Of a DNA stretch of 64,000 nt, positions 1 through 11,990 are shown one piece after another. The position numbers and the translations under genes are program-made. The notes beneath the pieces were generated by a model that was not told the DNA's origin, made no database searches, and saw nothing but the letters and a program-made list of their open reading frames with translations. The number at the start of each line of letters is the position of its first letter. Position 1 is the stretch's first letter. The stretch lies in NCBI GenBank assembly GCA_964016885.1, contig OZ024740.1, positions 315,828,001-315,892,000 on the forward strand. Reading direction: 5' to 3'. This DNA is from Eledone cirrhosa. Taxonomy: Eukaryota.

Positions 1-60
1 TTCTTGATAATTCAGATTTATTAAAGAGATATTCTGTAGTTAAGTTGTTAATATTATTAA

Positions 61-901
61 CTAGCAGTGGTACCCGGTGTTGCACGGGATAAGGTATTTT
101 GGAACCCAGGCCGCCAACAGACCTAATCGTGGAAAAACTGCATGCGTGGACAATATGTAAAGAAAATAAACTGAATACTCTGATGGCTAGATAATCTTTA
201 AGATGTTCCTCGATGAAGTAGGGAAAATGCAGGTTTTCACCTAATGCAGGCCCTAGGGACCAAGAAAATGAATTTTTTCTGAAAAAAAAAATGAAGTTTT
301 TCACCTAATGCGGGTAAAAAAGTTGGATTTTCTTTGCTCACGGTGTAAAGAGACTGACTAATACATAGTTACAATTTCAAGGAAATCAGTCTGACGTAAC
401 GACTCAAAAAGCCCTAAAAACCTGAAAAAACGCAGTTTTTTAACTAGGGGATCAAAAAGTTGAATTTTTTTATGTGCATAACACTCCCTGAAACATAAGT
501 AATACACATGTAAAGTCGGTTGGGTACTTCATTGAAAAAAGTCGGTTGGGTACTTCTCGAGTTTTAGGGATTCAAACTCACAGACACACACACAGACATG
601 CTCAGAGAAGTGACGTAATGCAGACAGTCAGACATACAGACAGATATTATAAGGGCACGATGTTATATGTATGTATCTATCTAAAAAGAGAAAGACTAAG
701 AATTATAGAGAGGGATCGCTAAATCGCCTAATGCGGTGCCTAGGGCATTGAAAATTTGAAATTGTTTTTGCTCAGAACACTCCCTGAAACATAAGTATTA
801 CATGTGTGAAGTTTGAAAACAGTCGGTTGAGTGGTTCTCGAGTTTTAGGGATTCAAACTCACACACACACAGACAGACATCCTCAGTTTTATATATATAG
901 A
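61..901 (-). mobile_element. Non-autonomous Helitron-like element
   Basis: On the minus strand it starts TC(TATATATATAAAA) at 901. It ends CTAG at 64-61, followed by T and preceded by a GC-rich hairpin (plus strand cccggtgttgcacggg). There is an internal duplication (about 479-600 vs 776-880). Confidence 0.7.
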
Positions 902-979
902 CTAGCAGAAATCCGCCCAGCGGGTGGTTTTCTGCTAGTATATATATATATTACATACACAGAAATGTATATATATTTC

Positions 980-1012
<33 letters not shown>

Positions 1013-1469
1013 TACACACACAGAAATGTATATATATTTCTGTGTGTATATATATATATATATTACACACACAGAAATGTATATATATTTCTGTGTGTAT
1101 ATATATATATTTCTGTGTGTGTATATATATATATATATTACACACACACAGAAATGTATATATGTTTCTGTAGCACTCCTCAATTCCCCCCTCTCTCCCT
1201 CCTGCTATCCCCCTCTTGTAGTCTGTCTCTTTCTTTCACTCTCACTCTCTCTCTCTACGCGTGCGCAAAAAACATTCGCACGCGCGCACATGTTTTAGCG
1301 TCTATTCACTCTCTCTCTCTCCCGCTATCCCCCTCTCGTAGTCTGTCTCTTTCACTCTCACCCTCTCTCTACGCGTGCGCAAAAAACATTCGCACGCGCG
1401 CACGTGTTTCCACTGTCGGACAGACAGATAGACAAACAGAGAAATTGCTGGTTATATATTATAAGGAGA
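902..1469 (-). mobile_element. Second non-autonomous Helitron-like element abutting the first
   Basis: Minus-strand 5' end is A|TCTCCTTATAATATATAA at 1469. The 3' CTAG at 905-902 lies within the palindrome actagcagaaatccgcccagcgggtggttttctgctagt. It contains a TA/CA-rich minisatellite and a ~120 bp duplication (about 1185-1410). Confidence 0.6.
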
Positions 1470-1974
1470 TAACACCCTGCTATAAAACCATTTAACTCAT
1501 TTGTCCACACTTACATGAGACCCCCAAACCTTTTAGACCATCGACCATTCCATGAAATCTTTGACCTCTCATCGATTCCAATCGTGTACAAAAATAAGTA
1601 AATAAATAGAATATAAAATAACTAGACAATAAAGACTAATTTATATATAAATCAAAAAGTTTGTTAGATTAAGGTAAGACAAAAGTAAAAATGAAAGAGA
1701 ACGTCTAAAAAATTAACGGAAAGTGCCAAGCGTGACACTCTATATTCATCAATCTATCAATCTATTGTTCGATCGAAAGATCGGTCTAACGCTAGAAGAC
1801 GTGTAAGAGACTAGTGATTAAAGCACTTTAAATGTTGCCTGAATATGAGCATAAAACGTCTGGTCTATTGTGTGAGTGAAAAGTGGGGTGAGAAGAGGAA
1901 ATGTGTGACGTCCGAATAAGTATCCTCCACATCCAACTAACTTATCCTCCGCCTCTGGATCCCGGACAACAGGA

Positions 1975-2378
1975 TAGAGAATGCATTGCTCCGGGGGACG
2001 GCGAGCGAGACACGCTGGAACAGCCACTCCACATCGCGGGCCGCCAACTCTGCTTCGATAGCAGTGCGTTGGGATGTCCGAGGGCCAAGAACGCCGGAAT
2101 CCTTCACTGCTACAGGCTCTACCTCAAACCTATCAGAGAGCGGCCGATACTTAGACAGTTTGCCCTCTTCAGCCTAGCAAGCCGCAGATCCTGGGCTGGT
2201 AGCCGAATGTACCATGTTGCCACAAGAAAAGGTGTCAGCATGTAGCATACCAGATGAGGGACCTACCCCCGCAGAACGGGAAGATTGTCATGCCGTTTGG
2301 CCTTATGTCGGTCTAGCCCCTCCGGATCGAGCTGGGAAGGGAAGCCTGCGCCGCCCAGGCCATTCTTTATGATCAGAA
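1975..2378 (-). mobile_element. Degenerate CRE-like non-LTR retrotransposon fragment (RLE domain)
   Basis: Minus-strand translation pieces LIIKNGLGGAGFPSQLDPEGLD and SLAVPRSNA are similar to the copies at 4.4-5.2 kb and 5.9-6.9 kb. Confidence 0.6.
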
Positions 2379-3444
2379 AGTTATATTTATATTTCTTGCC
2401 TCAAAACGTATTAGAGGGAGGCTCCGACACCCCTTGTGGTGTAACCGATTGACACACTTTGTGTTGACTTACTATTTTCTTTCGTTTTGAATCTATATTT
2501 TCATGAGAAATGTTTGTGTAATTAAGTAATAGAGTTATATCTGTGTATATGTTATTTTTTTACAGCCATGGCATTTGGATTTGTAATTACAAGCTATCTA
2601 TATTGTCAGCATATTTGTTTTAAGATTTTAGCCAAAAGGTTCAATCAACCACATTAAGGATTCCTAATTTAAGTGGTTGTTCAATCCTTGGAAAACAACA
2701 GCCAAATATATCTCATATAGCAATCTACCACCAGGATCAGACTTACATTGCCGAGGTCCTAAGCTATATGAAATTTGAGACGCTTCTCTAAACAAATTCG
2801 GGTAAAAAAATGTTAAATAATTATACATGATTATTATTTATTAATGATTACAAAATTAGATAATATCTATATATATAATTTTTGATGATTTAGCGTTAAA
2901 GAATAAAAACTAATGATAACATTTTTTTTAATATTTTTAAAATTAGGCTCCTGAGGGTGTGTGGCCCTAAGCTTATAGGTAAGTCCAGAACTGTCTATCA
3001 TCTAAGAAAAAAAAACTATTGGGTTACGAAATTTTAATGAATACTGTATCTTTAATAAAAATGGACACGGCGGGAACAGCATTCATTAGAGGATCTAATT
3101 AAACAACAACCGCTTAATCCAATAGATCCTACAAAATGTAAATGTTTGCAAAATAACTCAATCCAAAAAGAAAAATCGTGGAGCCGAGAATTTATTCTGT
3201 TTATTTTTTGCACATATATAACATTTTTGCACTACCATACAGCATGGTCTCATCAATTTACTTTCATTATTGAATGTTTTCATTCTTAAATACGTTCGTT
3301 ATGGGAAAACAGGAGATAATTTCATTTACATAAATATTTCACATAATAAACACGAAAAGAAAAAGAAAATGAAAAAGAGGGAACGGAAAAATAAAGGACA
3401 GGCGCTACATACCTGCATAAGCAATATATCTCAACTGCACCGCG

Positions 3445-4060
3445 TAGACATGATGAAAATATTGCTGCAGAGAACAGCCAGCGAGACTCACTCGAAAAAG
3501 AAGCTGCCAGTCAAATCTCGTTGAATTTCTGCTCCTCTGCGTTACGGGCGGCAGTGGCCGAGTTTGTGGTCAAAGGAACAAGGGTGGAACCAGAGAATGT
3601 GTCACAACATGTAATGTCCCAGATTAGATTTATTCCCTTCCCCTACCTGAGCACTTAGTATCACGACAGTCCATGTCGGCTGGCTCCAGTGGCAATGGAA
3701 AACCAGTAGCGTCAAGGATCCTTTTCATGACGTCATTCAAGGCAGCGTGCCGAGGGAACCGACTTGCACTGTGGCGACAAGAGAGTGAATGTACTCCTAA
3801 CTGGTTGACCATAGCTCCAAAAAAACATTTGTGAGGCTCACACACACGGTGGCCTAAGTGTGTGGCCACTCTGATGCAGATGCATTCGTCGTTAAGAAGG
3901 ATACTAGTTGATAAAGAGGACACAGAATAGGGCACGCGTGACTGTCTAGCTGCGAGGTAGACATGAAGCAGGCGAGACTATTGGTCGAAGAAGGACTCGA
4001 TCCACGTACAGGCTGGACTACATTTGATGTCACCCCAGTTTTGTAAGTATCCTACATACC
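3445..4060 (-). mobile_element. Degenerate CRE-like LINE fragment (zinc knuckle and RLE start)
   Basis: ORF 3630-3935 contains HSLSCRHSASRFPRHAALNDVMKR...EP, the CCHC / RH / E motifs that precede a restriction-like endonuclease. Confidence 0.7.
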
Positions 4061-4409
4061 GGAGGACAATCTATATTTCCAATAGGTACCCAATTCATGA
4101 TGTTTGTTATATTATCCTTATTGATTATAATCAATAATTATTTATTAAATTAATATTTACTATTATTAGAGAGGTTTTCCATTGCTCCCCACGATGTTGT
4201 TATCGTTTGCTCTGACAGCGGTTCGCTTGTCGACCCCTATCGCCTGCCTTTTGTTGTATGTGGTTCTAGATGCATGTATTGCCGGCTTGTGTGTTTTTTG
4301 CTCTTTCTTTTTTTTCCTCTTTCTGTAATATGTGGCGGTTACGCCATATCTACTATTGAATATTACATATTTAAGATTATTCACTGTAGATTATTTTCAT
4401 ATCAATGAT

Positions 4410-5230
4410 TCCACCCTCTTCGTCCAGTTAGATCAGTTTGCAAGGTGCCGCTTACTATCTGCCAGCGCCAAATACTCAGGCGACTGGGTTGATGCCCTAC
4501 CCGTGGCCAACGTTGGTGACCTACTCAGCCTGGTCGAACTTCGTGTCTCCATCGCCCTCAGAATGGGAGCTGACGTCTGCATGGGTTTGGGGTGCCGATG
4601 CGGAAAACTCCTCGACTCCACAGGCCTCCACGGTCTTTCTTGCCGTCTGAATGCCGGCCGCTTCGCGCGTCACACGGAGCTAAACCTCATTCTGAAGAGA
4701 GCTTTAGCCCGGGCGAACATCCCCTCAGTCTTGGAACCATCTGGGTTGTCCAGAAGTGACGGCAAAAGACCTGACGGTCTTACCCTGTGCCCCTGGTCGA
4801 GAGGCAGGTGCCTTGTCTGGGACGTCACTGTTAGTGACTCTTTTGGTCTTTCCCACATCCTGGATGCTGCGGTTAGGACGAGAGCCACAGCTTCTGCAGC
4901 CTAACGGAGTAAGACCCTCAAATACTCTGATCTGTCGGCCAGCTATATTTTTCAGCCTGTGGCTTTCGAGACGTTTGGGGGAGTCGGGCCGCTGACTGCG
5001 ATGTTCCTCTCTTCACTGGCGGCTCGCCTAATAGAGGTAACTGGCGAATCTCGCGAGGGCGCTTGGCTGTTTCAGCGCATCAGCCTCACCATCACCCGAG
5101 GCAATGCTGCGAGTGTGGTCGCTTGCCTCAAAAATTATTAGAGAGGTTGCCCAGTACTCGCGACGTTGCTGTCTTTTGCTCTGGTGTTGGCTCCGTTGTT
5201 CACCCCTTCCTTTACATTTTCTTTAATATT
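4410..5230 (+). mobile_element. 5'-truncated CRE-like non-LTR retrotransposon, 3' end with restriction-like (PD-D/ExK) endonuclease; premature stop at 4902-4904
   Basis: CRCGKLLDSTGLHGLSC, RHTELN, EPSGL, DGKRPDG, WDVTVSD, then AFETFG...QRISLTITRGNA in ORFs 4332-4904 and 4959-5141. Confidence 0.8.
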
Positions 5231-5713
5231 GTAACATTAAAAGAATATATCTTTCAAAAAAAATATATATATAAATAAAGAAAGCAATTATTCTCATTTG
5301 AGGGCTTTAATTTAGATAAAAACAAATTCTTCAAAGATGTACATTGTTTATATCAGGATCTTTATTAAGACCTCAAAAGGGCCATTACGTCCCGAGGAAG
5401 AGGCAAAGTGGGCCTAAAGTGATATGAGGGAATAGTGTGATTTCCATAATGTTATAATGCTAATCTGCAATAAAGCTGTTAGGCTGCTATTTATTATCAA
5501 GTTTTATTTATAACCAAATTACCAAGTTTTAGAAAAATATTCGTTACAAAAATTGTTCTGCTGAGTCCCATAGAAAAGTAGTTTGCGCGCCGTGTATTTG
5601 ACACCCCTTGTTTAAAGTGCGCATATATTTATTCAATGTTAATATGTTTAATACATGCAGTATGGAAAACGTTAACTATAAATAAAAAGAAATAGAAATA
5701 TAATAATTGTTTC

Positions 5714-5880
5714 TACTATTAGCACAATGCCAGCAATTATCCAGTACATTACTGGTACTTTATTTTATCGACCCCGTAAGGATGAAAGGCAAAGTTAACC
5801 TCGGTGGGATTTGAACTCAGAATGGTAAGGGCCGTAACTCGTCAAAGCATGGTGTCCGACCCTCTACCAATACTGCCAAT
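5714..5880 (-). mobile_element. tRNA-derived SINE
   Basis: Minus strand has A-box-like tggcagtattgg, B-box gagttcaaatccc and the core aactttgcctttcatccttacggggtcgataaaataaagtaccag. Many copies occur in the window. Confidence 0.85.
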
Positions 5881-5899
5881 AGAAATATAATAATACAAT

Positions 5900-6870
5900 G
5901 CTTACAGAACGAAAGCACAAACAAATATAGTATAAAGGAAGGGGTGAACAACCGAGCCACGACCAGAGCAAAAGATAGCAGTGGGAAACCTCTCGAATGA
6001 TTTTTGAAGCAAGCCAGCACGCTCGCAGCGTTACTTCGGGTGATGGCCAGGCTGATGCGTTGGAACAACCAAGCGCCCTCGCGAGATTCACCAGTTAGCT
6101 CTGTTAGGCGAGCCGCCAGTGAAGATAGGAATCTCGAAGTCAGCAGCCCGACTCCCCTGAACGTCTCGAACGTCACAGAATGGAAAATGTAGATGGCCGA
6201 CAGATCATTGTATTTTAGGATCTTGCTCCGTTCGGCTGCGGAAGCTGTGGCTCTCGCCCTAACCGCAGCATCCAGGATGTGGGAAGAAACAAAAGAGTCA
6301 CTATCTGTGACGTCCCAGACAAGGCACTTGCCTCTCAACCAGGGGCACAGGGTAAGGCCGTCGGGTCTTTTCCCATCACCCCTGGACAACCCAGATGGTT
6401 CCAATTTTGAGGGGATGTTCGCCCGGGCCAAAGCTCTCTTCAGAATAAGGTTTAGCTACTTGTGACGCGCGAAGCGACCGTCATTCAGGCGCAAGAAAAA
6501 CCGTGGAGTCGAGGAGTTGGCCACATCGACACCTCAACTCCCTCGCCGAGGGCAATAGAGACGCGAAGTTCGTCCAAGCTGAGTAAGCCACCAACGTTAG
6601 TCACGGGTAGGGCATCAACCCAGTCACCTGAGTATTTGGCGCTAGCAGATAGTAAGCGGCACCTTGCAAACTGATCCGACTGGACAAAGAAAGAGTCGAA
6701 GGTGGCCTTCGAATTTATGCTGTCCCAAGCTCTCTGACTTCGACTGTCCTCAACCTTCTCAGGAACAGAAAAGCCCAACTCACTCCGTTGTTGGAGAGCT
6801 TCATTCAACTCCCTGTTGGAATTAGTCCATGTTGGAGAGGAGAGGATGTTACTCACCAGGGTGGAGCAAG
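5900..6870 (-). mobile_element. 5'-truncated CRE-like LINE, inverted close paralogue of 4410-5230
   Basis: ORFs 6485-6856 and 5817-6431 are nearly identical in protein to the + copy (DQFARCRLLSASAKYSGDWVDALPV; EPSGLSRGDGKRPDGLTLCPW). Confidence 0.8.
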
Positions 6871-8075
6871 CGTGGGCTTAAATCAAGGAAAATTAACTAT
6901 ATTTTTTTCAACAGAAAATATGGTAAATTTTTATTATTATGCCAGTCTTCGAAACCAGTGCAATAGTATTTTTTTGATGGTAGTTAGTTGATAGATTTTA
7001 GAATTTTGATGATGAAATTTGTTTTTTCCCCATTTTTTTTTTACATTTTGAAAGAGCGTGGCGTAAATTACTCGTTTTCTGTGGTTCCCCCACCCGAGAA
7101 CGCCATAATAACCGTTACAGACTGGTATAATATTAATTTACCGAAAATGTTAGCGGCAATGCTGCGAGTGTGTTGGCTTGCCTAAAAAAATTTCCTGTGA
7201 CCCTTGCTGTATGTGACCTATTGACGCACTTAGTGTTGAATTGTTATTTTTTCTAGCGTTGATTGTATATTTTTGTATATTATATTTATAAGGTTCCTAG
7301 CATAATTAATTAATTATTTCAAAATCCTATATTAACTATATACTAATTTCAGCAGGTCATTAACTAACCACTGAGAATGTATTTCTCAGCTGGATTTTCT
7401 ATATCAGAGGTGGGCGAAGTCAGTGAAAATAGTTTCAAGAGCTAAAAACATATTTTTCAAAATTCTTTTTTCATTCTCGATAAAACTACTTTATCAATAT
7501 TTAATCTAACCATGCTTACATCCGGCGAAATGAATTCTACCTGAGAAGAGAGGAATCAAGTTAGATAACTCTCAACTGTATAATTTCAAATCTTTTGACA
7601 ATTCAGTGCGGGAGGTGAGGCTCATGTTCGGACTTGATTTCTTTGCTTATTAAGCTTAACACCAATTGGATCTTTATTTTAAAAATATATTTGTTTTGTC
7701 ACGCAAACGTATGTACATTTCTAATCCCATTGCTATACAGCCACGAAAATATTAATTAATGTTCTACGGAAAGTCAAGCAGAATGGTACGGAATACCCTA
7801 ACTATATTTTAAGTGTATTTCACAAGAAACACAGCCATTTCGAGTTATTTTCGTGTGAATCTCGGTTTTCGATAGAGATATATATTACAGATATATCAGG
7901 AATTTTATTACAATTCTACTCGGATATGTGTTATCTTTCATCCGCAGAAAAAAATAAATTTTCGTTGATATCGGCTACATTTGTTTTTATATTTGCCAAC
8001 CTATAACAATGTTGTTTTAAGACTTTATCAATGTATATTTATTTGCCATTGATCGACTAGTCCATCTCTTATACC

Positions 8076-9422
8076 ATGAATTTCTCTGAATTATATCGCC
8101 AATCAAACCAACTGTGCGAATTTTCCCCGAACGGTGAATTCTTGGCTATTGGTAGTTATTACAAATTAATTATTCGTAATGTTATCACATCACAAATTGA
8201 ACAACTTTTCACTTGCATGGATACTATTCAATACATAGAATGGTCTTCCGATTCGAGCTTGATTCTTTGTGGCATGTTTAAACGAGGTCTTGTACAAGTA
8301 TGGTCTCTGAAATATTTAGATTGGTCATGTAAAATAGATGAAGGCTCTGCTGGACTTCGAAATGTCCACTGGGGTCCCGATGGACATCACATTTTAACCA
8401 CTGCTGACTTCAATCTTCGTATAACAGTATGGTCGCTCACTACCAAGAGTATATCATATATACGGTATCCCAAACAGTGTGAAAAGGGATACGACTACAC
8501 TCACGATGGCTTGTTCATGGCGCTCGCAGAACGCCGCGACTGTAATGACTTCATAAGTATTTTTGCATGCAAGTCTTGGGAATTAATTAAACACTTTTCT
8601 TGTGCTACCGATGACCTCAGTGGCTTGAAGTGGTCACCCAGTGCCAGAGTTTTGGCTGTATGGGACTCTGTACTTGTGTATAAAATTTTAATTTATTCTG
8701 CTGATGGCTTTCTTCTCCGAAAATATTCTCCCTACGAGCATGCTTTGGGTATAAAATGTGTCTGTTGGTCACCAACAGGACAGTTTCTTGCCATCGGAAG
8801 CTTTGACGAAAAGGTTCGTTTGTTGAACAATATTTCCTGGAAGACATCGATGGAGAAAGGACACCCAATGATGGTAAAACCAGATAAAGTAACGATATAT
8901 AGAGAGGTAGTTAGTATGGGTCCTTTACCAACAACCTTTGAGGAGATGACCAGTGCAATGGTTGCATTGTGTTCTAAAAGAAGCAAGTATCATATTGTGG
9001 AAGAATCATTAGAAATACCAAACGTTAAACCTCATCCGAACAAAGCTAACCCCGAACTTGGAGTTGGTCAGGTTGAATTCAGCTGCAATTCTCGTTATTT
9101 CTATACCAAGAATGATAATATGCCCCGTGTTTTATGGATATGGGATGTCAAAAAGCTCTCTCTGTCTCATATTCTTGTTCATTCATCACCTATTAAATGT
9201 GTTCGTTGGGATCCAACCTCCGCACGCCTGGCTCTTTGCACAGGGAACAAACAATTATTTATGTGGACCCCAACAGGTTGTTTGTGTGTGGAAATCCCCA
9301 CAGAATCCATGTTTCAAGTGAATTCCTTAAAATGGCATCCTGACGGCAGTGCTTTAGTTTTAATTGGTAAAGAAAAGACGTGCATTTGTTATTTAACAGG
9401 AGAACAAACAGATGACCAATAA
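8076..9422 (+). CDS. WRAP73: WD repeat-containing protein WRAP73/WDR8 (centrosome/cilium WD40 protein), single coding exon, 448 aa
   Basis: Intact ORF with accATG context. It has the N-terminus MNFSELYRQS and the family motifs WSCKIDEGSAGL, HILTTADFNLRITVWSL, LALAERR-like MALAERRDC and WSPTGQFLAIGSFDEKVRLLN. Confidence 0.93.
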   Translation: MNFSELYRQSNQLCEFSPNGEFLAIGSYYKLIIRNVITSQIEQLFTCMDTIQYIEWSSDSSLILCGMFKRGLVQVWSLKYLDWSCKIDEGSAGLRNVHWGPDGHHILTTADFNLRITVWSLTTKSISYIRYPKQCEKGYDYTHDGLFMALAERRDCNDFISIFACKSWELIKHFSCATDDLSGLKWSPSARVLAVWDSVLVYKILIYSADGFLLRKYSPYEHALGIKCVCWSPTGQFLAIGSFDEKVRLLNNISWKTSMEKGHPMMVKPDKVTIYREVVSMGPLPTTFEEMTSAMVALCSKRSKYHIVEESLEIPNVKPHPNKANPELGVGQVEFSCNSRYFYTKNDNMPRVLWIWDVKKLSLSHILVHSSPIKCVRWDPTSARLALCTGNKQLFMWTPTGCLCVEIPTESMFQVNSLKWHPDGSALVLIGKEKTCICYLTGEQTDDQ

Positions 9423-9917
9423 GTCTATTTTAATAAGCATGTCAGTATGTAAAATTTTTTTTTTTTACTTTTGCGTACCATATGTAATATAATAATCAAA
9501 ACAGGAAATAATTTATTTTGAATGAAAATGAAAAAAATTTCACATTGTCATTTGCTAATTTATTTTGTGACGGACCATTTCAATGTGAAACTATCTCTCA
9601 TAGCATCTTTAGTCAATATAACATGGGTTAATTGTCTCTTTTTAATTTTAAAGTGTTCTACAGATTTGAAAATGTTTCAGGGGAATCCAAATGAAATTTC
9701 TTTATTTTTATTGATATGTTAAATCTCCTCTGTAGCATGTCCCTATTCTGAAAGAAATGGGTTTTATCTGCCTTAATTTTGCCCTATTTTTGAGTTGGGC
9801 TTTAATATATTTTTTACTAAAATGGATCTTAAACTTTTTCATTTCTAAAATTTTATGACTGAATAAAACATTTCTTTTTGTATTAAGGCTTTGTTTTATC
9901 AATATATCAGAAAATAT

Positions 9918-10138
9918 GTATATACTATAGATAAGCCGACCCCACTATTTTATGCCTGAGAAATGGGCAAAAATCCAAATCTTATTTACATAGAATTTGA
10001 AGTTGGTGAGAAATCATCAAAATATTGACTCCGAATATAAGCACCCCACCCCCACCCCCTTCTGACATTGATTTTTTTTTTCTTTTTTTTTTTTTTTTTC
10101 ATTGCATATTTCTTGGCTTATATTCCAGTATATACGGT
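9918..10138. mobile_element. Tc1/mariner(pogo)-type MITE, degenerate copy
   Basis: Ends ggcttatattccagtatatacgg|ta. The internal sequence is shared with 19912-20103. Confidence 0.55.
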
Positions 10139-10347
10139 AGTTACTGGAGTGTGGCTGAAAAATGTCCAGGGGGCCAGAAAAGAGTCAGGTGAAAACTAAT
10201 ATACCCATATGCCCCTATGGATACCACTAATGGTCACATTCCTCTGCTTATATTCCAGTATACATGGTAAGTCATACAAGTTAAATCTTCATAAAGGCAA
10301 TTTTATCTTTTATTATTCTATATTATTATATACTATATTACTATTCG

Positions 10348-10735
10348 AGTGGTGGATTGGCAGTATTGGTAGAGGGTCAGACACCATGCTTTGCAAGCAA
10401 AGAGTTACGGCCCTTTATTGTCTGAGTTCAAATCCCGCCGAGGTTAACTTTGCCTTTCATCCTTACGGGGTCGATAAAATAAAGTACCAGTAATACACTG
10501 GAATAATTGCTGGCCTTGTGCCAAAAGTAGAAACAATTATTCTATTTTACTGTGAATTGGCAGTATCGGTAGAGGGTCAGACATGCTTTCCAGCATAGTT
10601 ACGTCCCTTTACGATCTGAGTTCAAATCCCGCCGAGATTAACTTTGCCTTTCATCCTTACGAGGTCGATAAAATAAAGTACCAGTAATGTACTGAGTAAT
10701 TGCTGGCCTTGTGCCAAAAGTAGAAACAATTATTC
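10348..10735 (+). mobile_element. Tandem pair of tRNA-derived SINEs
   Basis: Two ~195 bp head-to-tail copies, each with B-box gagttcaaatcccgcc and the common core. Confidence 0.85.
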
Positions 10736-11311
10736 TATATTACTACTGATTCACATTACTGTAAGAGAATGAAAGTCAGTGAGGGAGTTTCTGTATAGTA
10801 CTTGAGCTGCTGAATCTAGCAGCCAAATCTCCCTCAAATTACACTTTAACATATTACAAATGTGAGAAAAATTGGGAAGAACACAACAGAATGGCTTTGA
10901 CCATAAATCTATTCAATTAAAAAAAACCTAATGTTAAACAAAGACTTTTTTTATTGCACTACCTTCAAGTATTTTAGTCATGTAAATTGTGGTTGGTGTT
11001 AGGAAAAGCATCCAGTTGTAAAAAAAACTTGGCCAAATTTACAGTCCCGGAGGAGCAAGGTATGGTGTGGCCAATCCTGGCCAGGCTTGTCTCTTGACAC
11101 AGACAACTCATCTGCCTCATGCAAGTATGGAGAAATGGACATAAAACTGTGATGATGATATTGAACCCAGTATATATTTCAGTCTGGTAGTTATTACATC
11201 AATGTTTATTGCCTTACTCAGTTATGTTTTTGTAAACTGATGTAGCATTGTATTCAACATACTGGGAAACAGAGACTCACACATACATCATCATCATCAT
11301 CATCCTGTTAA

Positions 11312-11532
11312 CTCTTTAGCATGTACATTACTCTATATTTACTATTATATTTTCACGGTAAAGGCTTTACCTCACATAATTTTCTCACATAATATTGAAT
11401 CTATGAGATTTTGGTATTATTTATTTTAAGAACAATAGTTTAACATCAGTATGAGCAGCTGGTTACAGCTAGTTTTAACAGAAACAGGTGAGCGTATTTT
11501 GGCCGGATATGGCTGGTTTAAATGCTAAAAGT
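11312..11532. mobile_element. piggyBac-type MITE nested in a (CAT)n RTE-tail repeat
   Basis: Flanked by TTAA with degenerate TIRs ctctttagcat...atgctaaaagt. The family consensus is TTAA|CCCTTTAGCATTTA. Confidence 0.65.
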
Positions 11533-11534
11533 TT

Positions 11535-11990
11535 AAATATCTATTTTCCATGCTTTCATGGGTGGATGGGCTAGACAAGTCAAGTGACCACATCATGCTT
11601 ATACTATCTTTTTGGGGCTTGGTTTTCTACACCTGGATGCCCTTCCTAATTTCAACCACATTACACCATGTATTGAGAGCTTTTTACATGGCATCTCCAC
11701 TACTACCATACTGGGTGCTATTTGTCATGGCACCAGTATGATCACATTACAGGGTGGACTGGGTGCTTTTTTTTTTTGTGGTGACACTAGCATGACCACC
11801 TTACAGGGTGGACTGGGTGCTTTTTTGTGGTGACACTAGCATGACCACTTTACAGGATGGACTGAGTGCTTTTATGTTCTGATACTAGCATGACCACATT
11901 ACAGGGTTGACTGTACTTTTTGTTGTGAAACTAGCATAACCACCTTACAGGGTCGACTGGGCACTTGTGGCACCATCAGAGGAAGACTGA
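11535..11990 (-). repeat. RTE-tail-associated repeat with ~43 bp internal tandem units (ttacagggtggactgggtgctttt...gtggcacc)
   Basis: The same family recurs at about 18600-18730 (inverted), 51507-51950 and 58975-59245. Confidence 0.6.

Noticed and set aside
10420-10445. tRNA genes at gagttcaaatccc motifs
   Set aside because: These are SINE heads, always followed by the SINE core, and do not form a full cloverleaf.
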